This document shows, one piece after another, positions 17,280-27,058 of a DNA stretch of 42,406 nucleotides. The translations under genes were made by a program, and so were the position numbers. The stretch is from a virus (lineage: Duplodnaviria > Heunggongvirae > Uroviricota > Caudoviricetes), in the IMG/VR virus record IMGVR_UViG_2663762841_000006, positions 1-42,406 of that record. One strand, written 5' to 3'. Numbering within the stretch: the stretch's first letter is position 1; each line of letters opens with the position of its first letter. The notes below the pieces were generated by a model that saw nothing but the letters and a program-made list of their open reading frames with translations, was not told the origin of the DNA and searched no databases.

Positions 17280-17337
17280 CCCGAAACAGTTCGCAGGTAA
17301 TAGTTAGAGCCTGCATAACGGTTTCGGGATTTTTTAT
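17280..17337 (+). terminator. tR' terminator (end of the short 6S-type leader transcript)
   Basis: Stem cccgaaac...gtttcggg followed by attttttat. Confidence 0.7.
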
Positions 17338-17339
17338 TT

Positions 17340-17414
17340 GGGTCAGTCGTATAAAGGTCATTACGGAAGGCTGTTAACCTTCTTATCGTGGTTCGAGTCC
17401 ACGCTGCCCCTCCA
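17340..17414 (+). tRNA. tRNA with GUU anticodon (Asn-type), 75 nt, one U4-C69 mismatch in acceptor stem
   Basis: Manual cloverleaf fold: acceptor gggtcag/ctgcccc, anticodon stem gaagg/ccttc, loop cuGUUaa, T-arm cgtgg-ttcgagt-ccacg, encoded CCA. Confidence 0.6.
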
Positions 17415-17419
17415 AATAT

Positions 17420-17495
17420 GCTGGTTTAGCTCCAATGGTAGAGCAGTCGCCTTGTAAGCGAATGGGTAGCGGTTCAAGTCCGTTAACCAGCACCA
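17420..17495 (+). tRNA. tRNA with UGU anticodon (Thr-type), 76 nt
   Basis: Manual fold: acceptor gctggtt/aaccagc perfect, D-stem gctc/gagc, anticodon loop cuUGUaa, T-arm agcgg-ttcaagt-ccgtt, encoded CCA. Confidence 0.65.
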
Positions 17496-17613
17496 TTACT
17501 GAGCCGTAGCCACTGGCTATTCTGAATTCATCAGTGATAGTTATGCTGCGGCCTTCTTTTTTCCCCTTCCCAATATAAGAACTACGCAATCCGTTACTGG
17601 CGGAGGCGTTGCT

Positions 17614-17829
17614 ATGAAATCAATGGACAAAATCTCAACTGGCATTGCCTACGGAACATCCGCTGGTAGTGCGGGATACTGGTTTTTACAGTGGTTGGAT
17701 CAGGTCAGTCCATCACAGTGGGCTGCGATTGGGGTGCTTGGAAGCCTTGTGTTGGGTTTTCTCACCTATCTGACAAATCTGTATTTCAAAATCAGAGAAG
17801 ACAGAAGAAAGGCTGCGAGAGGTGAATAA
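17614..17829 (+). CDS. S: class II pinholin (phage 21 S21-type), dual-start MKSMDK
   Basis: 71 aa with two TM segments; sequence matches phage 21 S21 as recalled. Confidence 0.85.
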   Translation: MKSMDKISTGIAYGTSAGSAGYWFLQWLDQVSPSQWAAIGVLGSLVLGFLTYLTNLYFKIREDRRKAARGE

Positions 17830-18326
17830 TGCCTCCATCATTACGAAAAGCCGTTGCTGCGGCTATTGGTGGCGGGGCTATTGCTATAGCATCTGTGTTA
17901 ATCACTGGCCCAAGTGGTAACGATGGTCTGGAAGGCGTCAGCTACATACCATATAAAGATATCGTTGGTGTATGGACTGTATGTTACGGGCACACCGGAA
18001 AAGACATTATGCTCGGTAAAACGTATACCGAAGCAGAATGCAAAGCCCTCCTGAATAAAGACCTTGCCACTGTCGCCAGACAAATTAACCCGTACATCAA
18101 AGTCGATATACCGGAAACAACGCGTGGCGCTCTTTACTCGTTCGTCTACAACGTGGGGGCTGGCAATTTCAGAACATCGACGCTTCTTCGCAAAATAAAC
18201 CAGGGTGATATCAAAGGCGCATGTGACCAGCTACGTCGCTGGACATACGCTGGCGGTAAGCAATGGAAAGGGCTGATGACCCGTCGTGATATTGAGCGTG
18301 AAGTCTGTTTGTGGGGGCAGCAATGA
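17829..18326 (+). CDS. R: SAR endolysin (lysozyme with N-terminal signal-anchor-release helix)
   Basis: 165 aa; Gly/Ala-rich weakly hydrophobic N-terminus then lysozyme-like domain; overlaps holin stop (TAATG). Confidence 0.85.
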   Translation: MPPSLRKAVAAAIGGGAIAIASVLITGPSGNDGLEGVSYIPYKDIVGVWTVCYGHTGKDIMLGKTYTEAECKALLNKDLATVARQINPYIKVDIPETTRGALYSFVYNVGAGNFRTSTLLRKINQGDIKGACDQLRRWTYAGGKQWKGLMTRRDIEREVCLWGQQ

Positions 18327-18766
18327 GCAGGAGCAGGGTAACCGCGATTATTTCCGCTCTGGTTATCTGCATCATCGTTTGCCTGTCATGGGCTGTTAAT
18401 CATTACCGTGATAACGCCATGATCTACAAAGAGCAGCGCGATAAGGCCGCATCCACAATCGCTGACATGCAGAAGCGTCAACGTGATGTAGCGGAACTCG
18501 ACGCCAGATACACAAAGGAGCTTGCTGATGCTAACGAGACTATCGAAAGCCTCCGTGCTGATGTTTCTGCTGGTCGTAAGCGCCTGCAAGTCGCCGCCAC
18601 CTGTGCAAAGTCAACGGCCGGAGCCAGCAGCATGGGCGATGGAGAAAGCCCAAGACTTACAGCAGATGCTGAACTCAATTATTACCGTCTCCGAAGTGGA
18701 ATCGACAAGATAACCGCGCAGGTTAACTACCTGCAGGAGTACATCAGGACGCAATGCCTTCGATGA
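18323..18766 (+). CDS. Rz: Rz i-spanin
   Basis: N-terminal TM helix plus coiled-coil periplasmic domain; similar to lambda Rz as recalled. Confidence 0.85.
   Translation: MSRSRVTAIISALVICIIVCLSWAVNHYRDNAMIYKEQRDKAASTIADMQKRQRDVAELDARYTKELADANETIESLRADVSAGRKRLQVAATCAKSTAGASSMGDGESPRLTADAELNYYRLRSGIDKITAQVNYLQEYIRTQCLR
18522..18713 (+). CDS. Rz1: Rz1 o-spanin lipoprotein, embedded in the +1 frame of Rz
   Basis: Lipobox LVVSAC, Pro-rich mature region; wholly nested in Rz. Confidence 0.8.
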   Translation: MLMLTRLSKASVLMFLLVVSACKSPPPVQSQRPEPAAWAMEKAQDLQQMLNSIITVSEVESTR

Positions 18767-18940
18767 TAGCGATAATTTTACTCATCATCCTTCACATCTG
18801 TCTCTGTAGACAGGGTGGTGATCACTTCTGGAGTGAATCCAGATTAAACATCTCATTGCTGATGCTTGAAGTTGAGCATCTGGCGCGCGGTAAGGGGCTG
18901 CGTTGAGATAAGAGCCAGTCATTACAAATACCAGGATTTA

Positions 18941-18966
18941 GCCTCGCATTCGCGGGGCTTTTTTAT
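18941..18966 (+). terminator. rho-independent terminator after the lysis cassette
   Basis: gcctcgc-attc-gcggggc hairpin followed by ttttttat. Confidence 0.6.
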
Positions 18967-19111
18967 ATCTGCAACAAACGCGCTTCACACGCGCGACTTA
19001 TGAACACAGAGCCTTTCAGGATGACCCTTGAGGATGCCGGTTTGGTAATCGGTGCCTTTCTGTGGGCCGGAATCCTGTGTGACAAGGTTCATCACTAAAA
19101 GGTAATCACTG

Positions 19112-19642
19112 ATGAAGTACCCAACAGTTATTGTCAATGGTGTGTCCGTTCGTGTTGATGAGGATGGACGCTACAACTTAAACGATCTCCATGCAGCAGC
19201 AGTTGCAAATGGAGAGGCTACAGAGCAACAGCGCCCAAGCCAGTTTTTGCGTAGCGCGCAGATAAAACGCTTCATAAAAGCACTGGAGGCCAAAGTGCAA
19301 AAAAGCACTTTGGAACAAATTCAACCACTTAAAATAATCAAAGGTGGTGCAGAACCAGGTGTGTGGGGTGTTGAACTTCTGGCAATCAGATATGCAGCAT
19401 GGATTAAGCCGGAATTTGAAATCGAAGTTTATGAAGTTTTCAAAACGGTTGTCCGTCTCGGCGTTGGCGCAATGTCCCGTCTGAATAGAATCGATCACAT
19501 CATCAATACTGAAACCAAAGCGATAAGCCAGTGCGCAAGCCAAATGGCTAAGTGGGGCGTTGGTGGGCGAAAAAGATTGCTTCATGTTGCACGTGAGAGA
19601 GCGGCAAATGAAGTGCAAATGTATTTGCCCGGAATGGTGTGA
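19112..19642 (+). CDS. KilA-N domain protein (antirepressor/regulator-like)
   Basis: N-terminal KilA-N-like region (VRVDEDGRYNLNDLHAAA...QFLRSAQIKRFIKAL...WGVELLAIRYAAWI) recalled from the KilA-N/APSES DNA-binding family. Confidence 0.55.
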   Translation: MKYPTVIVNGVSVRVDEDGRYNLNDLHAAAVANGEATEQQRPSQFLRSAQIKRFIKALEAKVQKSTLEQIQPLKIIKGGAEPGVWGVELLAIRYAAWIKPEFEIEVYEVFKTVVRLGVGAMSRLNRIDHIINTETKAISQCASQMAKWGVGGRKRLLHVARERAANEVQMYLPGMV

Positions 19643-19898
19643 TTTCGCAGGTTAATCCAGTTTTTGCATTACGGCAGTACCGCGAAACAACCCAAGCCAG
19701 TAAGTGGGGAAATAACACTGGCAGCCACTGAAAGATGAACCTCCAGCCTTATGGCAAAAAAGATTCTTTGTGGTGGCGGACTGATGGAAAGACATCGGTT
19801 ATTGCAGAGGCCATTCAATGAGTGGTCTCGACAATGGCTTATACCCTACACGGGATAACTTAACTGATATCCCTTTTAACGGATAAACGGAGCCAACA

Positions 19899-20141
19899 AT
19901 GGCAGAGATTATTCCCATGACTGAAGAACAGAAATTCCAGTTAGAGATTTACAAACTGGTCATGAACCAGAACGCAGCCGCAGAAGAAGCATTTCAATTC
20001 ATTGGCACTGACGAACTGAAGCTTGAGCTATTCAAAATTCACTTCCAGTCAGGTGGCGCTAATTCGGATATCACGATCCGCACATTTGAAGCGGTGCGTA
20101 AATCGAAGGAAGCGTTAGACCTGTTCACTACCGGAGCATAA
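19899..20141 (+). CDS. hypothetical protein, 80 aa, upstream of terminase
   Basis: ORF with ATG; P22 carries an 80-codon ORF at the equivalent position, as recalled. Confidence 0.4.
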   Translation: MAEIIPMTEEQKFQLEIYKLVMNQNAAAEEAFQFIGTDELKLELFKIHFQSGGANSDITIRTFEAVRKSKEALDLFTTGA

Positions 20142-20220
20142 ACATGGCAACTCAAGGTTTCGACAACCCATCCAAATTCCGCGATGAATGGGATAAGCAA
20201 GCAGAAGGGAAATAATCAAT

Positions 20221-20646
20221 ATGGCGACTGAGAAAAAGAATGTCGGTCGCCCTTCGGATTACCTACCGGAGGTGGCTGATGATATCTGTGCGCTGCTTGC
20301 CTCCGGGGAAAGTCTGGTTAAGGTTTGCAAGCGCCCCGGCATGCCAGCAAAGGCTACTGTATTTCGCTGGCTGTCAGAGCATGAAGAATTTAGAGACAAG
20401 TACGCGAAGGCAACTGAGGCACGAGCTGATTCTATTTTCGAAGAGATATTCGAAATTGCTGACACTGCGATTCCAGATGCTGCTGAGGTGGCAAAGGCAA
20501 GACTTCGCGTTGATACCCGCAAATGGGCGCTGGCCCGAATGAATCCCCGTAAGTATGGCGACAAGGTAACTAACGAGCTTGTCGGCAAAGACGGCGGCGC
20601 AATTCAGATTGAAACATCACCGATGAGCACTCTATTCGGAAAATGA
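20221..20646 (+). CDS. terminase small subunit (P22/Sf6-like)
   Basis: 141 aa directly upstream of and overlapping TerL; N-terminus resembles Sf6 gp1 as recalled. Confidence 0.75.
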   Translation: MATEKKNVGRPSDYLPEVADDICALLASGESLVKVCKRPGMPAKATVFRWLSEHEEFRDKYAKATEARADSIFEEIFEIADTAIPDAAEVAKARLRVDTRKWALARMNPRKYGDKVTNELVGKDGGAIQIETSPMSTLFGK

Positions 20647-22055
20647 CCTCGATTAATCCTATCTTTGAACCGTTCATTGAGGCGCATCGCTACAAAGTCG
20701 CCAAAGGCGGTCGAGGTAGCGGTAAGTCATGGGCAATTGCTAGGCTGCTTGTTGAAGCGGCGCGTCGTCAGCCAGTGCGTATTCTCTGCGCTCGTGAACT
20801 GCAAAACAGTATCAGCGATTCGGTAATCCGGTTGCTTGAAGACACCATAGAGCGGGAAGGGTATTCGTCTGAGTTTGAAATTCAGCGTTCAATGATTCGT
20901 CATCTCGGAACGAATGCTGAATTCATGTTCTACGGCATCAAAAACAACCCGACGAAGATTAAATCGCTAGAAGGCATTGATATTTGCTGGGTGGAAGAAG
21001 CGGAAGCGGTAACAAAGGAATCGTGGGATATCCTGATTCCAACCATCCGCAAGCCGTTTTCCGAAATATGGGTGAGCTTTAACCCGAAGAACATACTCGA
21101 CGATACCTATCAGCGATTCGTTGTAAATCCTCCCGATGATATTTGCCTGCTGACGGTGAACTACACCGACAACCCGCATTTTCCTGAAGTTCTCCGTCTG
21201 GAGATGGAAGAGTGCAAACGCAGAAACCCGACACTGTATCGTCACATCTGGCTTGGTGAGCCAGTAAGCGCAAGTGATATGGCAATCATCAAACGTGAAT
21301 GGCTTGAAGCCGCAACCGATGCGCACAAGAAACTCGGATGGAAAGCGAAAGGCGCTGTTGTCTCTGCGCATGACCCATCAGATACAGGGCCAGATGCTAA
21401 AGGTTATGCATCGCGTCACGGTTCGGTAGTTAAGCGCATTGCCGAAGGTCTGCTGATGGACATCAACGAGGGTGCTGACTGGGCTACTTCGCTGGCGATT
21501 GAAGACGGCGCTGACCATTACCTGTGGGATGGTGATGGTGTTGGTGCCGGGCTACGCAGACAGACAACGGAAGCGTTCTCCGGCAAGAAAATCACCGCCA
21601 CGATGTTCAAGGGCAGCGAATCGCCATTCGATGAAGATGCTCCGTATCAGGCCGGAGCATGGGCTGATGAAGTCGTACAGGGCGACAACGTTCGCACTAT
21701 TGGCGATGTATTCCGCAATAAGCGAGCGCAATTCTATTACGCGCTGGCTGACAGGCTGTATCTGACATATCGGGCGGTTGTCCACGGTGAGTATGCAGAC
21801 CCCGACGACATGCTGAGTTTCGACAAAGAAGTGATAGGCGAGAAGATGCTGGAGAAGCTGTTTGCAGAACTGACGCAGATTCAGCGCAAATTCAATAATA
21901 ACGGGAAGCTGGAGCTTATGACTAAGGTCGAAATGAAGCAGAAGCTCGGTATTTCATCTCCTAACCTGGCTGATGCGCTGATGATGTGTATGCATTGCCC
22001 GGCATTGGTCCGCGAAGAAACAGAAATATACGTTCCCTCATCCTCCGGTTGGTAA
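20643..22055 (+). CDS. terminase large subunit
   Basis: 470 aa; Walker A KGGRGSGKS; C-terminal nuclease region. Confidence 0.9.
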   Translation: MTSINPIFEPFIEAHRYKVAKGGRGSGKSWAIARLLVEAARRQPVRILCARELQNSISDSVIRLLEDTIEREGYSSEFEIQRSMIRHLGTNAEFMFYGIKNNPTKIKSLEGIDICWVEEAEAVTKESWDILIPTIRKPFSEIWVSFNPKNILDDTYQRFVVNPPDDICLLTVNYTDNPHFPEVLRLEMEECKRRNPTLYRHIWLGEPVSASDMAIIKREWLEAATDAHKKLGWKAKGAVVSAHDPSDTGPDAKGYASRHGSVVKRIAEGLLMDINEGADWATSLAIEDGADHYLWDGDGVGAGLRRQTTEAFSGKKITATMFKGSESPFDEDAPYQAGAWADEVVQGDNVRTIGDVFRNKRAQFYYALADRLYLTYRAVVHGEYADPDDMLSFDKEVIGEKMLEKLFAELTQIQRKFNNNGKLELMTKVEMKQKLGISSPNLADALMMCMHCPALVREETEIYVPSSSGW

Positions 22056-22057
22056 AC

Positions 22058-24184
22058 ATGGCAGAGACATTAGAGAAAAAACATGAGCGGATCATGCTCA
22101 GGTTTGACCGCGCCTATTCTCCACAGAAGGAAGTGCGCGAAAAGTGCATTGAAGCTACGAGGTTTGCTCGTGTCCCCGGAGGTCAATGGGAAGGAGCAAC
22201 GGCGGCTGGAACTAAGCTTGATGAGCAGTTCGAGAAGTATCCTAAGTTTGAAATCAATAAGGTAGCAACTGAACTTAACCGCATCATTGCAGAATACCGC
22301 AATAACAGAATAACCGTTAATTTTCGTCCTGGTGACAGAGAGGCAAGCGAAGAGTTAGCCAATAAATTAAATGGTCTGTTCCGTGCTGACTACGAAGAAA
22401 CTGATGGCGGTGAGGCTTGCGATAATGCATTTGACGACGCTGCTACTGGTGGTTTCGGTTGCTTCCGTTTGACGTCGATGCTGGTCAATGAATACGACCC
22501 CATGGACGATCGTCAGCGTATTGCTATTGAACCAATATACGACCCGTCGCGCTCTGTGTGGTTTGACCCTGACGCTAAGAAGTACGACAAATCTGACGCG
22601 TTGTGGGCGTTCTGTATGTATTCGTTGTCACCTGAAAAATATGAGGCTGAATACGGGAAGAAACCTCCTACTTCTCTGGATGTAACGTCTATGACCAGTT
22701 GGGAATATAACTGGTTTGGTGCAGATGTTATTTACATAGCGAAGTATTACGAAGTTCGTAAAGAGTCTGTTGACGTCATCAGTTATCGACATCCAATCAC
22801 TGGAGAGATTGCAACATACGACAGTGATCAGGTTGAAGATATTGAAGATGAACTGGCAATAGCTGGATTTCATGAAGTGGCAAGGCGCTCAGTGAAGCGC
22901 CGTCGTGTGTATGTATCCGTAGTGGATGGTGATGGTTTCCTTGAGAAACCTCGACGTATTCCTGGTGAACATATCCCCCTCATCCCGGTTTATGGAAAAC
23001 GCTGGTTCATTGATGACATTGAGCGTGTCGAAGGGCACATTGCAAAAGCAATGGATCCACAACGTTTGTACAACCTTCAGGTATCAATGCTGGCTGATAC
23101 TGCAGCGCAAGACCCCGGTCAGATCCCTATAGTTGGCATGGAGCAAATTCGTGGACTTGAGAAGCACTGGGAGGCTCGCAACAAGAAACGACCAGCGTTC
23201 TTGCCGTTGCGCGAAGTGAGAGATAAATCTGGCAACATTATCGCTGGAGCTACCCCGGCAGGATATACACAGCCTGCGGTTATGAATCAGGCATTGGCTG
23301 CATTACTACAGCAAACCAGTGCAGATATTCAGGAGGTTACAGGCGGCAGTCAGGCCATGCAGCAGATGCCAAGTAATATTGCTCAGGAAACGGTTAACAA
23401 CTTGATGAACAGAGCAGATATGGCTTCGTTTATCTATCTGGACAATATGGCGAAAAGTCTTAAACGCGCTGGTGAAGTATGGCTGTCAATGGCGCGTGAA
23501 GTGTACGGTTCAGAGCGTGAAGTGCGCATCGTTAACGAAGATGGAAGTGATGATATCGCTGTCCTGAGCGCACAGGTTGTTGACAGGCAAACAGGGGCTG
23601 TTGTTGCTTTAAATGACCTTTCTGTCGGTCGATACGATGTGACGGTTGATGTTGGACCAAGCTACACAGCACGACGTGATGCAACGGTTTCTGTACTGAC
23701 AAATGTCCTTAGCTCTATGCTTCCAACAGACCCAATGCGCCCGGCAATTCAGGGTATTATTCTGGACAATATTGATGGCGAAGGCCTTGATGACTTCAAA
23801 GAGTACAACCGAAACCAACTGCTGATATCTGGCATTGCAAAACCACGCAATGAGAAAGAGCAGCAGATTGTTCAACAGGCGCAAATGGCAGCACAAAGCC
23901 AGCCAAATCCTGAAATGGTTCTCGCTCAGGCGCAAATGGTAGCAGCGCAGGCAGAAGCGCAAAAAGCAACTAACGAAACTGCTCAAACTCAAATCAAAGC
24001 ATTTACTGCCCAGCAGGATGCGATGGAGAGTCAGGCAAACACTGTCTATAAACTGGCTCAAGCCAGAAACATCGATGACAAAGCAGTGATGGAGGCAATA
24101 CGCCTTCTGAAAGATGTCGCCGAGTCACAACAACAGCAATTCCAGTCACCACCACAGTCACCGGCAGACTTAATGCCGAGTTAA
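22058..24184 (+). CDS. portal protein (P22 gp1-like)
   Basis: 708 aa from ATG 22058; position after TerL; Gln-rich C-terminal barrel region. Confidence 0.85.
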   Translation: MAETLEKKHERIMLRFDRAYSPQKEVREKCIEATRFARVPGGQWEGATAAGTKLDEQFEKYPKFEINKVATELNRIIAEYRNNRITVNFRPGDREASEELANKLNGLFRADYEETDGGEACDNAFDDAATGGFGCFRLTSMLVNEYDPMDDRQRIAIEPIYDPSRSVWFDPDAKKYDKSDALWAFCMYSLSPEKYEAEYGKKPPTSLDVTSMTSWEYNWFGADVIYIAKYYEVRKESVDVISYRHPITGEIATYDSDQVEDIEDELAIAGFHEVARRSVKRRRVYVSVVDGDGFLEKPRRIPGEHIPLIPVYGKRWFIDDIERVEGHIAKAMDPQRLYNLQVSMLADTAAQDPGQIPIVGMEQIRGLEKHWEARNKKRPAFLPLREVRDKSGNIIAGATPAGYTQPAVMNQALAALLQQTSADIQEVTGGSQAMQQMPSNIAQETVNNLMNRADMASFIYLDNMAKSLKRAGEVWLSMAREVYGSEREVRIVNEDGSDDIAVLSAQVVDRQTGAVVALNDLSVGRYDVTVDVGPSYTARRDATVSVLTNVLSSMLPTDPMRPAIQGIILDNIDGEGLDDFKEYNRNQLLISGIAKPRNEKEQQIVQQAQMAAQSQPNPEMVLAQAQMVAAQAEAQKATNETAQTQIKAFTAQQDAMESQANTVYKLAQARNIDDKAVMEAIRLLKDVAESQQQQFQSPPQSPADLMPS

Positions 24185-24197
24185 CCAGGAGTAATCA

Positions 24198-25082
24198 ATG
24201 GAAAACGAACTGATCATCGACGGTCAGGTTATTGACCTGTCTGAAACACAGGAAAATGCAGAAGAAACCATCATCCAAACAGAGTCACAGCCTGAGAATG
24301 AAAGCCAGGATGACAACGGTAAAGAGGTGGCAACTGAGCCTGAAAAAACCGAAGAGACACCAGAAGATTACGCCTTGCGTATTGGTGATGAAGAAATTCA
24401 GCTTAACGCTGACGATGATGATCACATTGACGGGCAACCTGCGCCGCAATGGGTGAAAGATCTTCGCAAAGGCTTCAAAGAAACACAGAAAGAAAACCGT
24501 GAGTTGCGCCGCCAGCTTGAGGAAGCATTAGCCAAGCCAGCGGAACATCAGCAACCACAACCAGACGCTATTCCACCAAAACCGACTCTTGAGTCGTGTG
24601 ATTATGACGAACAGGCGTTTGAACAGGCATTGACTGATTGGCATGAGAAAAAAGGCCGTGTCGAACAGCAGCAGCAACAAAAACTACGTCAGCAACAGGA
24701 ATACCAGCAGCGTTTCCAGCAAAGGGTAGAAGCGCATAAACAACGGGCAGCCAAACTTCCTGTGAAAGATTATCAGGAAATGGAAGCCATTGTTCTTAGT
24801 GAGCTACCACCAATTCAGCAGGAAATCATCATTCACTGTGCAGACGAAGGCTCTGAACTACTCGCCTATGGCTTAGGCAAGAGCCAGCAATTACGCCAGC
24901 GTGTAGCCGCTGAGACAGATCCAATTCGCGCAGCATTCCTCTTGGGGCAGATTAGCAAACAGGTAAGCCTTGCTCCAAAACCAAAGAAAGCCATCAAGCC
25001 AGAGCCGGAAGTACGTGGTGGCGGTGCTGATGCGAAACAAGACGAATTCAACAAATTATGCCCCGGCGCAAAAATCGAATAA
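24198..25082 (+). CDS. scaffolding protein
   Basis: 294 aa, acidic N-terminus, helical Gln-rich middle; between portal and coat. Confidence 0.8.
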   Translation: MENELIIDGQVIDLSETQENAEETIIQTESQPENESQDDNGKEVATEPEKTEETPEDYALRIGDEEIQLNADDDDHIDGQPAPQWVKDLRKGFKETQKENRELRRQLEEALAKPAEHQQPQPDAIPPKPTLESCDYDEQAFEQALTDWHEKKGRVEQQQQQKLRQQQEYQQRFQQRVEAHKQRAAKLPVKDYQEMEAIVLSELPPIQQEIIIHCADEGSELLAYGLGKSQQLRQRVAAETDPIRAAFLLGQISKQVSLAPKPKKAIKPEPEVRGGGADAKQDEFNKLCPGAKIE

Positions 25083-25093
25083 GGAAAAGATAA

Positions 25094-26365
25094 ATGCCTA
25101 ACAATCTCGACAGTAACGTCAGTCAAATCGTTCTGAAAAAATTCCTTCCGGGTTTTATGTCAGATTTAGTTCTGGCGAAAACCGTAGACCGTCAGTTGCT
25201 GGCAGGTGAAATCAACTCCAGCACTGGCGATAGCGTTAGCTTTAAACGTCCGCATCAATTCTCATCCCTCCGTACTCCCACTGGTGATATTTCAGGGAAA
25301 AATAAAAACAACCTGATCTCAGGTAAAGCTACGGGGCGTGTAGGTAACTACATCACTGTTGCTGTTGAATATCAGCAACTGGAGGAAGCGATCAAGCTTA
25401 ACCAGCTGGAAGAAATTCTCGCGCCGGTTCGCCAGCGAATCGTTACCGACCTTGAAACAGAGCTTGCTCACTTCATGATGAATAACGGTGCGTTGTCACT
25501 TGGTAGCCCCAATACTCCAATCACCAAATGGTCTGATGTTGCGCAGACGGCATCTTTCCTGAAAGACCTCGGCGTTAATGAAGGTGAAAACTATGCTGTA
25601 ATGGATCCATGGTCTGCACAGCGACTTGCTGATGCGCAGACTGGTTTGCATGCTTCAGATCAATTGGTTCGTACTGCATGGGAGAACGCACAGATCCCAA
25701 CCAATTTTGGCGGCATTCGCGCACTGATGTCTAATGGGCTTGCCTCTCGTACGCAGGGGGCATTTGGCGGAACACTGACAGTCAAAACACAGCCAACTGT
25801 TACCTATAACGCAGTTAAAGACTCATACCAGTTCACTGTAACATTGACCGGAGCGACAGCCAGCGTTACAGGTTTTCTGAAAGCTGGTGATCAGGTCAAA
25901 TTCACCAATACCTACTGGCTGCAACAGCAGACCAAACAGGCGTTGTATAACGGAGCCACACCAATTAGCTTCACTGCAACGGTTACTGCTGATGCTAATT
26001 CAGACAGCGGTGGCGATGTGACGGTTACGCTTTCTGGTGTTCCGATTTATGACACTACAAACCCGCAGTACAACTCTGTAAGTCGTCAGGTAGAGGCAGG
26101 CGATGCCGTATCTGTAGTAGGCACTGCTAGCCAGACAATGAAGCCAAACCTGTTCTATAACAAGTTCTTCTGTGGACTTGGCTCTATCCCACTGCCGAAA
26201 CTGCACAGTATTGATTCTGCTGTTGCAACATATGAAGGTTTCTCCATCCGCGTACATAAATACGCAGATGGCGATGCCAACGTGCAAAAAATGCGCTTCG
26301 ACTTACTGCCTGCATATGTGTGCTTTAACCCTCACATGGGCGGTCAGTTCTTCGGTAATCCGTAA
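25094..26365 (+). CDS. major capsid (coat) protein
   Basis: 423 aa; position and size match P22/Sf6 coat; followed by a strong terminator. Confidence 0.85.
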   Translation: MPNNLDSNVSQIVLKKFLPGFMSDLVLAKTVDRQLLAGEINSSTGDSVSFKRPHQFSSLRTPTGDISGKNKNNLISGKATGRVGNYITVAVEYQQLEEAIKLNQLEEILAPVRQRIVTDLETELAHFMMNNGALSLGSPNTPITKWSDVAQTASFLKDLGVNEGENYAVMDPWSAQRLADAQTGLHASDQLVRTAWENAQIPTNFGGIRALMSNGLASRTQGAFGGTLTVKTQPTVTYNAVKDSYQFTVTLTGATASVTGFLKAGDQVKFTNTYWLQQQTKQALYNGATPISFTATVTADANSDSGGDVTVTLSGVPIYDTTNPQYNSVSRQVEAGDAVSVVGTASQTMKPNLFYNKFFCGLGSIPLPKLHSIDSAVATYEGFSIRVHKYADGDANVQKMRFDLLPAYVCFNPHMGGQFFGNP

Positions 26366-26370
26366 TAACA

Positions 26371-26396
26371 AGGGGCTTACGCCCCTTTTATGTTTT
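26371..26396 (+). terminator. rho-independent terminator after coat gene
   Basis: aggggc-ttac-gcccct hairpin plus T-run. Confidence 0.75.
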
Positions 26397-26407
26397 AAGG
26401 AAACAAT

Positions 26408-26593
26408 ATGGATCGGATGAGTGTATTCCTTGCCGCAGATAACGAATCCGGGCATGTACAGGCCGTTATCGCAGAAAAAGACTTCCAGTTTTTCGAAAGG
26501 TTGGGCTTTGTTGCCTCAGTTGATGAATTGAAACCGACCAGTAAGCGAGGTCGTAAGGCGGCAGACAATGGCAACAGTACTGACAAAGGGTGA
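26408..26593 (+). CDS. small hypothetical head-region protein, 61 aa
   Basis: AAGGA RBS; conserved position after coat. Confidence 0.45.
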   Translation: MDRMSVFLAADNESGHVQAVIAEKDFQFFERLGFVASVDELKPTSKRGRKAADNGNSTDKG

Positions 26594-26999
26594 GATCGTC
26601 CTTTTTGCGCTTCGTAAGTTTGCTATTGCTTCTAATGCATCGCTGACTGATGTTGAGCCGCAATCAATTGAAGATGGTGTAAATGATCTGGAAGATATGA
26701 TGTCCGAGTGGATGATTAACCCCGGCGACATTGGTTACGCTTTCGCAACTGGAGATGATCAGCCATTACCAGATGATGAGTCAGGTCTTCCAAGAAAATA
26801 CAAACACGCAGTAGGCTATCAGTTATTGCTGAGAATGCTATCTGATTACAGCCTTGAACCAACTCCGCAAGTTCTCAGTAACGCCCAACGCTCATATGAT
26901 GCCTTGATGACCGACACTCTGGTTGTTCCTTCAATGCGACGACGTGGAGATTTTCCTGTAGGACAGGGTAATAAATATGACGTGTTTACATCTGACTGA
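26568..26999 (+). CDS. head completion / packaged-DNA stabilization protein (P22 gp4-like)
   Basis: 143 aa; position in the P22 gene order 5-4-10-26. Confidence 0.65.
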   Translation: MATVLTKGEIVLFALRKFAIASNASLTDVEPQSIEDGVNDLEDMMSEWMINPGDIGYAFATGDDQPLPDDESGLPRKYKHAVGYQLLLRMLSDYSLEPTPQVLSNAQRSYDALMTDTLVVPSMRRRGDFPVGQGNKYDVFTSD

Positions 27000-27058
27000 T
27001 ATTATCCAGGCGATCTCCCTCTGATTGATGGCGATATCCCAAACGCATAGGTGAATAA

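Noticed and set aside
17383-17589. 68-aa minus-strand ORF (translation contains GLEPLP and GLEPR)
   Set aside because: It is antisense to the two tRNA genes; the GLEP-type peptides are a known artefact of translating a tRNA T-arm in reverse.
18991-19089. 32-codon ORF (MNTEPFRMTLEDAGLVIGAFLWAGILCDKVHH) upstream of the KilA-N gene
   Set aside because: Not reported as a feature: no clear RBS and too short to assess; it could be a real small membrane peptide and should be rechecked if this intergenic region proves conserved.
20240-20588. Overlapping ORFs of 100 aa (plus) and 109 aa (minus) within the terminase small subunit gene
   Set aside because: Alternate-frame and antisense ORFs inside a gene with clear family-level identity; Ser/Arg/Ala-rich translations typical of GC-rich antisense frames.
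21986-22057. Upstream extension of the portal ORF (MYALPGIGPRR...)
   Set aside because: It overlaps the end of TerL in another frame; the ATG at 22058 immediately follows the TerL stop and gives a typical portal N-terminus.
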